63,537 bases of DNA, filler included, from Reticulomyxa filosa (GCA_000512085.1; 18 parts of 18 records of this genome joined end to end with filler, not necessarily neighbours in it), one strand, 5' to 3'. Positions 38,960 to 54,986 are shown, numbered from the whole stretch's first letter. Notes: generated by a model not told the origin, from the sequence alone. Program-made: numbers and translations.

Positions 38960-39169
38960 TAATACTTCTTCAACAAAACAAATCTAAAAAAAGTTACAAT
39001 GATTTTTTTTCAATTGACACTGTAATTCCTCCCAGGTTTGATTATTAACATTTTTGAAATCTTTTTTTGAAGTAATATGAAATAATTTTTGAAAGATCGT
39101 TAAAACTTCAATTATCATGGAAGTTTATTTTTTTAATTAGTTTAAAAAAACAAATTTTTAAGACTATCA

Positions 39170-39940
39170 CCAAATATGAATGGAATGCTTAAACAATAAC
39201 ACAAATTAATACCATATTCATTGTTATCACTATTACTTTTTTTAGTTGTAAAAATTTAATATAATTCTTTCTTGTTTGATCGAATATCCCAAAATCGAAT
39301 TGTTATCTTCTGATCCAGAACATATTACATTGAACTATTACTAACTTCGATATTATTTATCATAAATGGTGAATATTCAACAAATCATATAGTATTTATA
39401 TGTCCATTAAACACTTGCATTTGTTTACTAGTTCGAATATCGCAATAACGAACACTTTTATCATCTGTTTAATCCAATTTTACATTTTTAACTAATTTTA
39501 ATATCTACTGAATACAATTATGGTATTATCAAATGCCACAATAACACAAATCTATTACTTTTATTTTCATTGTTATTTACACGGTGAAATATCCACATAA
39601 TAAGCACATTCTTCATACATATTGAAAAAATGTAATAATTTAGATGTTTCGACAATCAGCAGATCCAGAGCACAAATATCAACTCATTTTTTTAATCGAA
39701 TATCTCAAAAATGAATTGTATTATCACAAACATATTATATTTGAACTATCACCAACTTCAATATTATTTGCCACAAACTGTGAATATTCGATACAAGCTA
39801 CACTCCATTGAACACTTAGATCAGTTGACCAAATCGAATATTATTGCAAGTGTACTTATTGTAATTTATTTCGTATTTTTTCAAAGTTTCTCTCGCTAGT
39901 TTTTACACTTCACTTCTAACGTTCAACCATATTCTTTGCC
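39170..39940 (-). pseudogene. Degenerate WD40-repeat gene
   Basis: Minus strand gives ICSGSEDNTIRFWDIRSNKK-like and VFNGH..IEYSPF-like WD40 segments with indels and stops. Confidence 0.7.
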
Positions 39941-40138
39941 AAAATAAAAATATTGGAAACGAAGTTGTAGTTAACTTTATGGTGAATATTTTTTTAAACT
40001 GAAGTTATTTTTATAAACCCTCATTTAATAATCAAGCTGGCTCAAGAATCCAACAAAGTCTTATTGAAGATCTTCGTTTTAGGGGATTTAAGGCAAGTGT
40101 TTTCTGTTTTTCACAAAACAAAAAACTCAAACACGTTT

Positions 40139-40979
40139 AGTGCTTGTGTTGGGTGAAAGCGTGGGCAAAACAGCTCTTATCCACAAATGTGTGCACGACG
40201 AGTTTATTCAAGAGTACAGAGCAACTGTTGGAGCAGATTTTAAAACAAAAGAAATCTCCATTGATGACAAAACAGTGACATTGCAAGTTACCAAAAAAAA
40301 AGTATACATTTTTGAAAACAATGTATAGATAGTTTTTTGTTGGAATAGTTATGGGACGTTGGTGGAGACGAAAAACTCCAAAATTTCGGGAAAGCATTTT
40401 TCAGATGAGTAGGTATGCGTTTTTTTTTCTCCTCACTCTTCGTCCTATTCTTCCCACTTTCACTCCTTTTCTTATAACAAAAAGTTTGTATTATATAAAA
40501 TGTACACGTAGTTCTGTGTTGCGCAAGATGGTTGTGTGTTGGTGTATGATATAACCAACAAGAAATCATTTGACAAGATTAAAACACTGCATAGCACTCT
40601 TTTGAAATATGCTGAGTTTGAATCAAAACTTCCATTTAATTATGTGGAAATAAGACTGATTTGCAATCAGATCGGGTAGTTTCTCAACAAGATGGTGAAG
40701 CATTGGCACAACAGCTTGGTATGCCTTTCTTTGAAATTAATACTCTATTTAATGTCGAAACTGCCATTCGCAGAATTGCCACAGATGCCTGTAACTTTGG
40801 CGCTGAGATGTTGAGCCTTTTTTTTTTCTGTCTTTGTATGCATGTACGTGTGTCCTACTTTTGCTCAAACATATGTACGTGCATTCGTATATGGTAGGTC
40901 GGCGCAGCAAAGTGAACCAATAAAAGTTGACTTTGGGGAAACTGAAACAAAATCAAGCAAGCGTGGTTGTTGCTTTTAA
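40139..40979 (+). pseudogene. Rab (Rab7-like) small GTPase, degenerate
   Basis: VLVLGES-VGKT (P-loop one residue short), YRATVGADFKTKEI, LWDVGGD (G3 altered), CVLVYDIT, GNKTD reached only through a 1-nt frameshift near 40638, no SAK motif, C-terminal GCCF*. Confidence 0.75.
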
Positions 40980-43900
40980 ACGTCAACACAAATATTTTAT
41001 ATATCCGTTGTGGACGTGTCGAGAGACTTTTTTTCCGTTTGTGTGCATCTGTGCTTTTATGCGTAAATATTGTCAAATGTATTCATTTTAAAGTACTTTC
41101 CTCAAGAGTTAATCCTAATCAATGGATGAAATGTCGCAATTTTTTGAATACGATTGAAAAAACAATTTTGACTATCTTTTTTTTCAAGATTTTTTTCCCA
41201 CTGCTCTTCATTAAATTTATCAAAGACCGCAACATAGCACTTTTTATGACGATCTTTTTGTTTTTTTTAATATTTTTTTTCACAGTGATGTCAAAAGAAG
41301 TAACAAAGTGGCTTATGGAAGCAATTTATATGTACAATTTTTTGTACATCATTGATCGACAAAAGTAATTGATACAACGCATCAATTTTTTACATGTTTA
41401 TTGGATCTGTTATCGAATTTAGAGCAATTACCTACCATGACTATTTCATATCTATCATTTAATTGTTTGGTTTCTTCTGACATCCATGGAAAATATCAAC
41501 AGTTGCGAAAACGTGCTTGGTCATTCTTTTTGGCCAAAAAATAAATTTACATTGTTATATTACATTTGTTCAATTTAAACCTTTTTGAAATTGCATGTTA
41601 CATTTTTCCTTGTTCATGTTATGACAACATGTTTTAGATTTGAGAGTGTCTCCAGTTTATGATGGTACTAACCTCTTATATTCATTAATTGTTTCTTAAA
41701 CGCATTTGCAATTTTCTTTTTACAAGAGTTGACGTGTTACTATTAAACTTTTGTGGAGGAAATAAAAGTTAATTTTGCTCGTTCTTTGACACTTCCCGAC
41801 ACGTATACATTGGTGTTCACATACCGAACATGCTTATCAACACATCTTTGATTTCATGCACCTGATCAAATACCCCTCTTTTTTTTTTTGATTGACTCTT
41901 TTTTTAAAAAAAGATTTGGTCGCGCGGCGTGGAGCCTTTATTGGCGTAGACGTAGGAGTTGAAGGACTGGACGACCTTGTTGACGAAGACCTCCACTGAT
42001 AGTATGTGATAGGCCATTGGAATATGACGCGGACGTTGCTCCCAAAAATGCTCATGAAATAGTGTTGATGCACAACATATCCCATTTCATAATTGATATC
42101 ACAGTTCCTCATTTTCATTGCTTGCATTTCCTTCTTCTGCTTCTTTCTTGTGTATTTGTCACATGCCACCCTGCTTCGTCTCAAAAACACGCTTTTATTC
42201 AGATATTTTCCAGGAGGTGCTCTCTTGACTTCCGTTCCAAAACACCAGCTTTTGATAACGTCTGTTCGGGAAGCAAATACAACGCAAGCGCTGAAACCAA
42301 TACAATCACGCTTGTCAGGAACCAAGGAATGCTTACAGTATTTTTTGGACTAGCCATTTGTTTAGCATAGAATTCGATTTCCTTTTTTTTTCTTTTCCCT
42401 TTCGTGCCAAAGAAAAAAAAAGGAGAGTAAAATAATTTCTTGGTTTGAACAATCTTGCAATCTCAAAACTGTTAGCATCCAATTTTGAAATTCAATTCAA
42501 ATTTATCCAATTTATGCAACTGCGACCGTCTCTTTTTTAAGAAAGGAGCAAAGTATACTTTTGAACCTTGGAACGCTTGACGCACTCTGTATTTGCGTAT
42601 TGGAAGAAAGAAATGACGTGTAGTATAAACGGTGAAACAAGTGAAGGCTGCATTATTTATGTACAAAATCGGCGCAGGCAAAAGAACAAAGGTGGACTTG
42701 TTACAATGAAAAGGATTGGGATTGCTGTGTTTCAAGATCTGATCAAGTGGTAAGTGAGCACTATAATTGAAGTCAATGACTATTTACTCGTATTACACAT
42801 TAAATACTTTTTCTTTAGTAGAGAGAAGGGACAATTTTTTTTGCTTAAGTAAGTAAGTTGCGTTTACAATACGTATGCAATCACTGTTTACAGACCTCGG
42901 AACAAATGCATGCAAAATGAAGTCTTTGAGATTTTATGTTGTGTGTAATCTTTGGATCGAGGTTAATTGACGTCAAAGATTGTTATTGGATTGGTGCAGG
43001 TAATCGAGCTATTTGTTCATTTAATCTTTACACCTTTTTTTCCAAAAAAAAAAACATACAAAAACACACTACATTAAAACAAACAAAGGCACGATCGATG
43101 CGTTGTTTAATGTGGAATGGACTTGCAAGAGTTTATCACCAAGAATATTTGATCATCGCCAAAAAAATAAATTATGGCTTGCTCAATTTTATGATTGGAT
43201 GATATCTCGGGCATTCATCCACAAACACGTTCGACGGCCTTGTTCAACGATCCAATTGAAGCTTTGTTTGGAGTACCAAAGAAAAAGAAGAAGTGGTTGA
43301 AGAGCGTGTTGGAACTCTTTACGTGTTGGCAATGACGGAGTACTTATGAGCTATATCATGTGTCTTATCAACGGCACTTTATATAATGATATCCCAATCT
43401 TATGTACAAGCGACAGTCATCACAACAACCACAATCACCAACAAAACTATCTCTTCAAATGCGTGCCACCAACAAGTCGTTAATTTGATTTTCAGCGTCA
43501 CAGCAGCCAACACGTATAAATGATTTACTTATGTAAATATCTAATAATTGATAACGTATTCAACAAAAAAAAAAGTAACATTATGATGTTAATGTATATA
43601 AAAAAAGATTATATGGAAAACCACAGCCACTGGTACGATGGCGACAATGACGACAATGACGACAAACAAAGCGTTGAAGTCTAATACTGATGGCAACTGC
43701 ATTATGATTGCCAAGCCACAAACAAAAAAAAGGTAAATGTTTTTTAACTAAGCTAGTGTCTATTTATTCTTTGTACTATTCAATAAATAATGATAGTTTG
43801 TGTTTTTTCAACAACAGGCGCCAATGCAACAAAAGAAAAAAAAAATTATGTGGAGAAGGCCACCCCGTCTCCGAAAGGAGAACAATTGGTTTGTTTATCT

Positions 43901-46900
43901 TTTTTTTTTTTTTGAAAAAAACATTAACTTAATGTGTGTTTATGATACAGGAATTCCCCGCCACCAAAGATATTTCCACAATTATAGTTAAATCTACGCA
44001 CAAACAAAAGATTATTGGGGTTGAAATCCACTCCGCATCAGAAAGCAGGAATTAAGGTTTGTATATGTTTATATTTTTATTTTTATTTTATCATATAACG
44101 TGATTGTGTGATAAAATAGGAATTCCCCCTTACAAAGAAAATTGTATATATTTTTGTTTTTTATTTTTTATTTCTTTATTGTCTCACTAATTAAAAAAAA
44201 AAATGTGTTAGTGCTTTTTAAAGGAAAAAAGAAATTGTAATTGGAGCTCGAACTCCATTATCGTAGGTAATGTTTTTTTTATTTATTCTTTGAAAAATTA
44301 AAAATATACTTTTGTTTGGATTTGTAAACATAGATGCCGCGAAGGCCCACAGAATATGTTTTTAAAAAAAGATTTGAGAATAGGGATTAAAAAATGAATA
44401 GTAAAGGAGGGGTGAGGAAAAGGAAGTAATAAAAAAAAAAGAAGAATAATGAAGAAAAAAGGGGACAAAAAAGAAAAAAAGAGAATGAAATTTAATTAAA
44501 AAAATAAGAGAAAATATAAGAAAAAAAAGAATATGAGAATTTTTATTATAAGAAAAAGAAAAAAAAGAATGAATAGAAGAATGAAGAAAAAAATAATAAT
44601 TTAAATTAAAATTTTTTTTTATTTTATGTTGGAGCTATGTCTCCCTGCACGAGGATAACAGTTAAGTTAAACATACTTGTGTTTATTTAAAAAAACAAAT
44701 TTAAAACGTGTTTATAACATGATAGAAATAGAACCTAGTATTATACGCACAACGGTGTGAAAGAAGAAGCTGAAGTTCGGGAAGTCATATATGACACATA
44801 GTTTCCGTAGCCGATGCAAGACAAGCAAAGTCCAATGTATTATTGCACTAACATTGTTAAATATAAACCTTTATACAATGAAAATTTTGTATTGGTTTGT
44901 GAAAGCATTTTTTACTTTTCTTGATTAACAGACCAATTGAATCAACTACTAGCCAATGAGTTGTATGGAGTTTCCACTATGACAGTCCTTCCAATTTCCT
45001 GACAAGATCGCTGATAATGTGACTAATACATTTGCACACGCTTATGAAGATTATACATATTATATCTCCACCAATGTATAATGGTACTTATAGTTATCAC
45101 AAAACTGTCTTCCAGTACACTAGCAACGTGCCTACCTTAGATAGCACGGGTGAAGATGTCCAAATGTGTTGTTGGCAAGAAGTGTAATTATTGGGTTTTC
45201 ATTGCATTCAATTCAATTGCTGCTTGAATATTTTATCATTTGTTAGAAGCGTGACTATCAATGACAACAACTACACACCATCCAGCTTCATTGGCCCAAA
45301 TATGGACATGAAGATTCCTTCATTGAATAACAATCTGCGATTCCAGGACATTTGCAACAATTGATTTTTCAAATGGCAAATTGTAGTTCTATTACATGCT
45401 CAAATTCTGGTATCTTTAATTTCACTATCCATTGTACCACATTGTTGAAAATGTTTGACTTTGACTTGATCTTTTTTTTCAAACAGTCGAGCTCGTGTAA
45501 TCACAAGCAAACAACGTCGAAATGAACTACCAAGCTCGAGCGAAGAATTGACACACTATCAACACAGTTATGAATCGAATGCTGCCTCCAAGATGCAATA
45601 CCGAAACACGAGTGGAAAATCCTGGTCATAGTTGGGAAGCAAACTTATTTCATTACAAACAATAATCCTTCGAGCAGAAATACAAGGCCCAATTCCATAT
45701 CGTTCAATCCCGCCATCAAAAGGAAAATGTCTTGCTGAACACAATTATTACCGTGTATTGCAAAGATGACTGAAACAGCGAACGGTGGTAGTATTTTAAA
45801 ATTCAACTTTGAAGTCAATGGTATTTTTATGACTATCTGTTTTTCATTTGAACTAATGGCGGGTGGTGTGACATTGTAACGTAACTCACATGATTTGTTT
45901 GTCTGCCATAACAGAAAGCGATCGTAATACGTATGAAAAAACCAAGTTGAAATATCTTCTCTTTCTTTAATATTATCTACCACTATACAACCACTTACAA
46001 TGTACGTTATTGCTTGTTTCTTCCTCATGTGGCCATGACTATGAATTTCAAACGACAAGACAGCAACACAAAAATGGAACATTGTATCAAAAGAAAGCGA
46101 TTGAAAATTTATTCAAAGTACACACCCAGACATAACACATATTCCATTTGCAGATTATGTTTTGATTATTTGAATGACGTCGTTGATAAAGGCACTGCGG
46201 AAAATGATATAAACACAATTGACAATGTGATAAATAGTAACGCCCGCGACGAACAAATCGATTGGAATCAGGTTTTGGAAGCTTGTTGAACAACGTAACC
46301 AATTGAACTTGAGCAAGTCGACTTGAAACCGTAAATGACAAATTTTTATAGTATGCGTATTATTCATCACCGTGCAGTCGTCCATTACATTAATAAACTG
46401 TTACGATCATTTGTTAACAATTGATTCATCAAAGCGGTATGATATATGTATATGTTTGTATATGTGTATACATATATGTACATATGTGTATAGAAGTGAG
46501 CATGGGTGTACGTTTGACGGCACAAACAAAGTCGTTCACAAGCATACCAATTTGCAAATACATTCTACCTTCTTCGCTTGATTTGTTCGTCCAATCTGGA
46601 CACTAGTTTGTTTATCATTTGAACCTATTCCATCCGCTGGCGCAAGCGTCTTTTCGCATTCGCATCCAACAACGAGTGTAATGCGCTGAATCAAAGGGGA
46701 AAAAACCAAGACAACAAAAAGCCCATCAGCAACGACAGAAAGACAACAGCGACGAGGATCAAGGCACAAGAATGAATGCAAAATATACTCATTCATTTCC
46801 CTTTTTCAAAGGCTAAAGCAAAGCAAGTCGGCAAACACTATCGCTCGAATAATTGGAAGGAAGTAATCGCTATTGGAAGAGAAGACTGACAAGCCAGCTG

Positions 46901-47436
46901 AGACACGCAANNNNNNNNNNNNNNNNNNNNNNNNNNNNNNNNNNNNNNNNNNNNTTAATTAATTAANNNNNNNNNNNNNNNNNNNNNNNNNNNNNNNNNN
47001 NNNNNNNNNNGTGAAAGGAAGAACTAAAGCAGCTCTAGCTAAAGGACCGTACCGTTTGATTTTCTAATGTGAAGAATGGAACTGTTTTTTTACGCTAAAA
47101 AAAGGTTTATTTCTATCTAAATAATTACAAATATTTTGAAAGATAGAAATGGTATTGAAATTATATAGTCAAAAGCAGAAGATAATTTAACGTACTTAAC
47201 ACAATTTTTTCATTACAACTTTCACACAAGCTTTCAGACAGAATCAAACATTTGTTTCTGTATGTAAATGTAAAAAGATTTCTGTCTTTGTCAAAAAATT
47301 AAGGTATAAAACCAACAAATCTAATCACAGTAAAATCTATTCAAAGAAGATTCTCTTCTTCGGAAAAGCAAAAGAAATAGCTTATGACAAAAATAGCTGG
47401 AACTTTCACGCCTTAAAAAAGTGACAGAATAACGAA

Positions 47437-48498
47437 ATGGAAGGCAAAAAACAAGAAGATATAAAAAAAGATGAAAAGAAAATCAAGGTTGATATGATAA
47501 CATCAAATGAGGGCCTGCTGGTTAACAAAGATGATAAAACAATAAAGTTTCGAAACGACCAAAGAGGAAGGCAAGAGAACGAAGACAAATTACAAATGAG
47601 GACAGGAGAAGTAGAACAAAGGAAAGCATTTGTCTCCGACCCTCTTGATTATTCTCAGTATAAGTCGTTGAACAGTCAAAATTCGAATAAAATTCAAAAC
47701 CAAAACCAAAATCAAAATTACAACACAACCACGACATCGTCATTGTCTTCGATGGGATCAGAACATCAGCAAAGGCGAGGGAAAAAAGGAGCCGACTTTA
47801 ACCCAGGGGCAGAATTGCATATCTCCAACCTCCCTCCGTAAGCACAATATACATATATATGTATATTGTATGATTAATTTACTTTTAAAAAAAACAAAAA
47901 AAGAGTGAATTCATTTGTATAAGCCAAACTGTTTGTATTGTGATGAAGTAATATGAATGAAGAAAAATTGAGAGAAATGTTTTCTCCGTTTGGTAAGATT
48001 GTGCGATTACGATTGATGAAAGGGTCTGGTTCTCGTGATCAGTACGGCGTGGTGCAGTTTGACAAAATGGAAGACTGCGAACGAGCCTTGGAAAAATACA
48101 AAGACTTCGAATTGAATAGCGAGTGGAAGTTGCGAGTATGGATGCAAGAAAGACGCACTTCCTCGTTGAGTGAAGAGCCAACCAATTTGTACGTTCGAAA
48201 TATCCCCAAACATTGGAGCGAAGAGACTTTGCGTCGATTGTTTCAAGAGTTTGGCACTATTTTGCAGTGTCGCATTACAAATGATGGCATTGCCTTTGTT
48301 CGATTGGACAGTCATTTTCAAGCCACCAAAGTCTTTGTTTTTTTTTTTTTCAATTGATTTTTGTAATTAAAACACATTTCTTTAAAAAAAAAAAAAAAGG
48401 CGATTGACATCTTGAACGGGAAAACAATTGACGGATGCCAATTAGAAGTCAAATTTGCCACTCGAAGAATTGCTGCAGACCATTACAAAACGGGACAA
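47437..48498 (+). CDS. RRM RNA-binding protein (at least 2 RRMs), 3' truncated
   Basis: RNP2 LHISNLP and LYVRNIP, RNP1 QYGVVQF and GIAFVRL, AIDILNGKTIDGCQLEVKFA. Introns at about 47838-47950 and 48331-48399. Confidence 0.9.
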
Positions 48499-48779
48499 GT
48501 TTGAACTTTTTNNNNNNNNNNNNNNNNNNNNNNNNNNNNNNNNNNNNNNNNNNNNTTAATTAATTAANNNNNNNNNNNNNNNNNNNNNNNNNNNNNNNNN
48601 NNNNNNNNNNNCTAAAAGCAAAAATAATTATTTGCATTGAAAATATATCCATTATATAACTCTTTTAATTGAATAATTATATGTAATAATTTTTACTATT
48701 TTAAAAAATCAAAAGAATACAAAGTATCAAATTTGTTACTTATTAAATTCCAAGTTTCAATTTTTTTAATTTGATAATG

Positions 48780-49100
48780 AATATAATTGTACTGATTAAT
48801 ATCCTCAATTGAAAAGAAATCATACAAAATAATCATTTACATGAACATTACATGATTTACCATAACATACACATATTTCTTAATTGAAATGAATATCCCT
48901 GTATGTTTATGAATATCATGATGATGTAACATCTTCAATTCATTCAATATTGCTATCAATTCTTTTGGTTAGCCTTTTATGATTTAAATCAAATAATTAT
49001 TCTTTTTATTACTTTGTTTCATTTAATTTTGGATATCATGTAAGTAAATTAACACAAAAAATAGAAATTTTTTTTGATAAATTTGATATTTTAATTTTTC
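48780..49100 (-). pseudogene. Degenerate fragment of a foraminiferan multicopy family (WD40-associated, possibly ART-like domain)
   Basis: ELKMLHHHDIHKHTG/YSFQLRNMCVCYGKSCNV resembles, from memory, a conserved block of an expanded Reticulomyxa family. Heavily decayed and not verified by search. Confidence 0.3.
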
Positions 49101-49381
49101 TATAATTATGTATCTCAATGAATTAGTTATATTCTCTTCTTTTATTTGATTGCTTAAACACTTTTTTAAATAATACAAAACTCTTGTCGATTCCAGAAAA
49201 ATTTTTTTATAAGTTTTTTGAGTTCTTAGGAATAGACTATTCATATAATAGATTTATTTGTTTAGATAAACTTTTTGCCTAATTTTGTCTTAGAAATAGC
49301 TGTAGACATTTTAATTTTTCAAAAAAGACTCAAATCAAAAATAGATAGACAAAATTCCACCTCAATCTAGAAAACTTTTTG

Positions 49382-49827
49382 CACTCCAATTTTATCCTTT
49401 TGCAGCAAAAATCCATTTAAAAAAAACAGGATAAACTTGGATTAAAATTTAATCATTATAATTTAGGTGCAGTGGAATTTTCAAGTTTCTATTTGAAAAT
49501 CAGCATCTGAAAATCTATAGAATATGGGTTGTGTCAATAGAGTGTAAAAAACGAGAATAAATCCAATAATTTCCTTTACAATTACGCTAAACATGTCTTG
49601 AGCACAATACTCAATATGTCTCTTTAAACAAATTATTTTTCGAACTGACGTATCTTGAACTTTTGTTCTTAATAAAAAATATATTTTTGCATATTTATGA
49701 GTCATTTGAATTTAAAAATATTATCCTGCATTTAGAAATTACAAATTATTTATATTCAATTAATCCAATTTTTTATCTAGTCTTTTTTCTGGAGTGGCTT
49801 TTGTCAGAAAAGGATAAAATTGGAGTG
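49382..49827. mobile_element. MITE-like inverted-repeat element
   Basis: Perfect 20-bp inverted repeat CACTCCAATTTTATCCTTTT (49382-49401) / AAAAGGATAAAATTGGAGTG (49808-49827), extending imperfectly ~90-100 bp inward. Non-coding AT-rich interior. Confidence 0.55.
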
Positions 49828-49933
49828 GAATTTNNNNNNNNNNNNNNNNNNNNNNNNNNNNNNNNNNNNNNNNNNNNTTAATTAATTAANNNNNNNNNNN
49901 NNNNNNNNNNNNNNNNNNNNNNNNNNNNNNNNN

Positions 49934-50458
49934 CCCATTCCCATTCCCATTCCCATTCCCATTCCCATCCCTATTGTGTGTGGAGGTCGTTGTATGCTTG
50001 GCTGTCCTACTGTTTCCACATTTTTTGCGTTTTTTTCAAATTGCATTTTGCTTTCAAAATCTTCCCACATTTGCTCCATCATGTTTGTGCTTGCTGTTGT
50101 TGTTGCATTACTCGCTGAGAACTCTCTATTATCACCGACGTCGGGGGAACACCTGACATTGAATACATTTCTTGGAACGACATTCGATTCATTTTTTCAT
50201 CACCTTTTTTTTTTCCGATTTGTTTGTTGTTTGTTGATGATGTTTATCGTTTCGTCTTTGCTGCTGTAATATATCCTTCCTATTTTGCAAAAAAACTTGA
50301 TATTTTGTGCAGTGCAAACCGGTATGCCCTTTGTACACTTGGGATTCCGCCAAAATGCTGCCATTTCCAGAAGTAACAGAATTTGACAGCAGCGTGGCAT
50401 TTGATGGGTTTCCACAAGTTGTAATTAGATTTCGGAATGACCCGGTGTTTCCGTCCAT
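49934..50458 (-). CDS. Hypothetical low-complexity protein fragment ending in (GM)n, 3' truncated
   Basis: Two coding-like ORF pieces (50189-50458 and 49934-50190) and an ATGGGA hexamer repeat at the contig edge. No recognisable domain. Confidence 0.35.
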
Positions 50459-52097
50459 TATCTTTTTAAAAAGGAATTCAAAGCATAGAACAATATATTT
50501 AGTTGTCAGTACAGTTATATTGAGTATTTACGTTTCCTAGTGAATAATACAACTATCATTGGAAAATAGAGTGCTGGTATTATAATTGAATTCCAAGAAA
50601 TTAAAAATCACATTCAAAAGTGATTGAGCAGATTTATAAAAGATAACGTCGTAAAATTATGTTAAATTCTATTTGACAGTCACACTAGTTCGAGATCGCA
50701 AGTTTTCAATGTCACTGTTATTTGCATTAGTATACTGTTTTTATTTGTTTAATTTTTGAAAATTAACTAACTTTTAGACATAATGTGATTGAAATAACAG
50801 TTGTTAATAATCAATATCTATTCAATGATTACTCAGTACTAGTTTTAAAATATTAAATGAACACTACGTGCTAATCTAGTATACCAAAATTCGTAATAAA
50901 TTTAGATTACATGAAGTTATTATATCATTTGCTTGGTGAAGTAAGAATTTACTAGCAAAAATCAACTGTCAATAACAACATAATATGTTTTTTTAATTGC
51001 AATTTGTGCAAGTTATCTATAATTATTGTTTTTCAGTTTTGAGGTCTTGGCTTGTTTTTGTAGTATATGGACTTGGTATCAAATTTACCACGTTTAAAAT
51101 TTTTCTTCTTCAAAAAGTGTTAGATAAATAAACGCCAAATATTAATACCCAATTGTTGATAAATTTGATCCGTAACGTTCACACCAGCGTCGATATGCAA
51201 TAGTTTTTCAGCTGATTATAGTATCATGAACTAAATAAAGATAATTCACAAAGGAAAACGAAAACAATAAAAGAAATTATATTTGTTAATAGTCTAACAG
51301 TCTACTTATGGATTTGCACTACATAACATTGTTATTTTGAATACTCTTTTATCTGACTAAAAGGCAAAAATACAAATGTCTGTATTTCTAAAAAAAATTT
51401 TAAAAAAATTCGTTTTGAACATCATTTATCACTAGTACAACTTTACAAAAAAAGTTTTGTTTGAATGATATTAAAGACAGTAACAATTATATACCATCAA
51501 CATCTGTCAATATCTGAAAGAATTTTGAAGAATAAATACAAAGATTTTCAAATATTTCATGTTTGGTACGTTCGTTGCGAAAGGTGCAAAGACAAGATTT
51601 AAGAAAACAAAATGGTAAAAAAATTTTTTACTAGTAAATTTTTTATAGTAGTTGAAAATTTAATATATTAAAATGTCAGATATATGTCAACTATTCAACT
51701 GGCCAAACGAAGCTTCAGTAAACATGATGACAACCAGAATATCAACTGATGTCCACATCGAATAGCCAAAATTGTTTTCACAACAGTTGATTTATATAGA
51801 CTTAATTTTTTTATCGTAAGAAATTCAATACACGTAAATTGTATCTAAGAAAAGAATTTTTGATTAATCACTTATTTTGCTGAAATAAAAAGTTGTAAAA
51901 TTGAATAAGAATGTAAATGCGTATTACTTAGAATGAGATCACTGTGTAACAACAATTGGATGTAATATGAAACGCAAGCGATAGAGACGAAGAAAATGGA
52001 TACGTTGTAATTTGGTGGTATGTGTGATGATAAAGAAACACAGGGAGAAAAAAATGACAAAAAAAAAGTAGTTTCTTGAGTGAAATGTAAAAGAGAG

Positions 52098-53976
<1,879 letters not shown>

Positions 53977-54286
53977 TATTCCTGATTACTTTATTCAACA
54001 ACAACTAAAAAAAAAAGTATAATCCTTTTTGAACGTGGTTTAAAGCTCCGCGCTTAGTCAACAGCCGTCAAGTGTGACATGTTGCTAATTTGAAAGGAAT
54101 TAATCAGCTAAAACAGAATAAGGAATGGCATGAAATGGATATTTTGTTGGTATAAGAATAATATGTCCATAGTTAGAAGGGAGTTTACAAATCGCAAGTA
54201 AATATTTATCAAAGCTAGTGACAAAAAATTTAAAAATAAAACAAAAAAAGTGACAAAGGTAATTTTGCTGATTTGAAACCAAGTCA

Positions 54287-54863
54287 TTAAACTTCTTTCG
54301 CATATTTTTTAGCCAATCGTGGTGACCTTCTTATTACGACAGTTTTTGGGGGATCGACATCGTCAGCCGAAACTTTTTTTCTTCTGCCTGATTTTTTTTT
54401 TAAGACTTTTTTGACAGGTTCAGGCGTTTCTTGTGAAACTTTTGTAGTATCTGTGGATTTTTTTTTCGTCGCCTTGAGCGTTTGACCTGACTACTCTGTT
54501 CGGCCATCGGAGTGTCCACTGTGGTGTTTGTCGCAGTGTCAATTGGAGTATCCGTTGTAGGTTCCATTATCGACTCGGCCATTTTACAATCAAGTTCGGG
54601 ATTGGCAAGATTTGGATTGCCTTTCTCATCGCTATTTATAAATTCGCGACATCCAGTTAGAGTTTGGAGGAAAGGGACAATGGCCGTGGTGCGTGTGGCA
54701 ATTGTCTCAAAAATGATATCATTGTCGTAAAAATCTTTGTGTACTTTCACTTTACTTTTGTGTTTTTTTTTTTGGACACGCCTTTGTCCCAACGATAATG
54801 AAACAGCCAATTGCTAGGAAACTTGTGATAATCTGCCGATACTGCGCAAGCATAGCGCACGAT
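54287..54863 (-). CDS. FPG: Formamidopyrimidine-DNA glycosylase (eukaryotic zincless-finger FPG/MutM), last exon
   Basis: IVRYACAVSADYHKFPSNWLFHYRWDKG...IIFETIATRTTAIVPFLQ matches the plant/fungal FPG C-terminus (AD..FPxxWxFH; IxFxTxxxRTTAxVPxLQ). Homopolymer frameshifts near 54770 and 54397. Basic tail with RRSPRL. Confidence 0.8.
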
Positions 54864-54986
54864 CTTTTTTTTTTTTTTTTTTTTTTNNNNNNNNNNNNNN
54901 NNNNNNNNNNNNNNNNNNNNNNNNNNNNNNTTAATTAATTAANNNNNNNNNNNNNNNNNNNNNNNNNNNNNNNNNNNNNNNNNNNN

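Noticed and set aside
44700-46910. Coding-like, stop-riddled region
   Set aside because: Probably another pseudogene, but I could not recognise any motif or confidently fix the strand.
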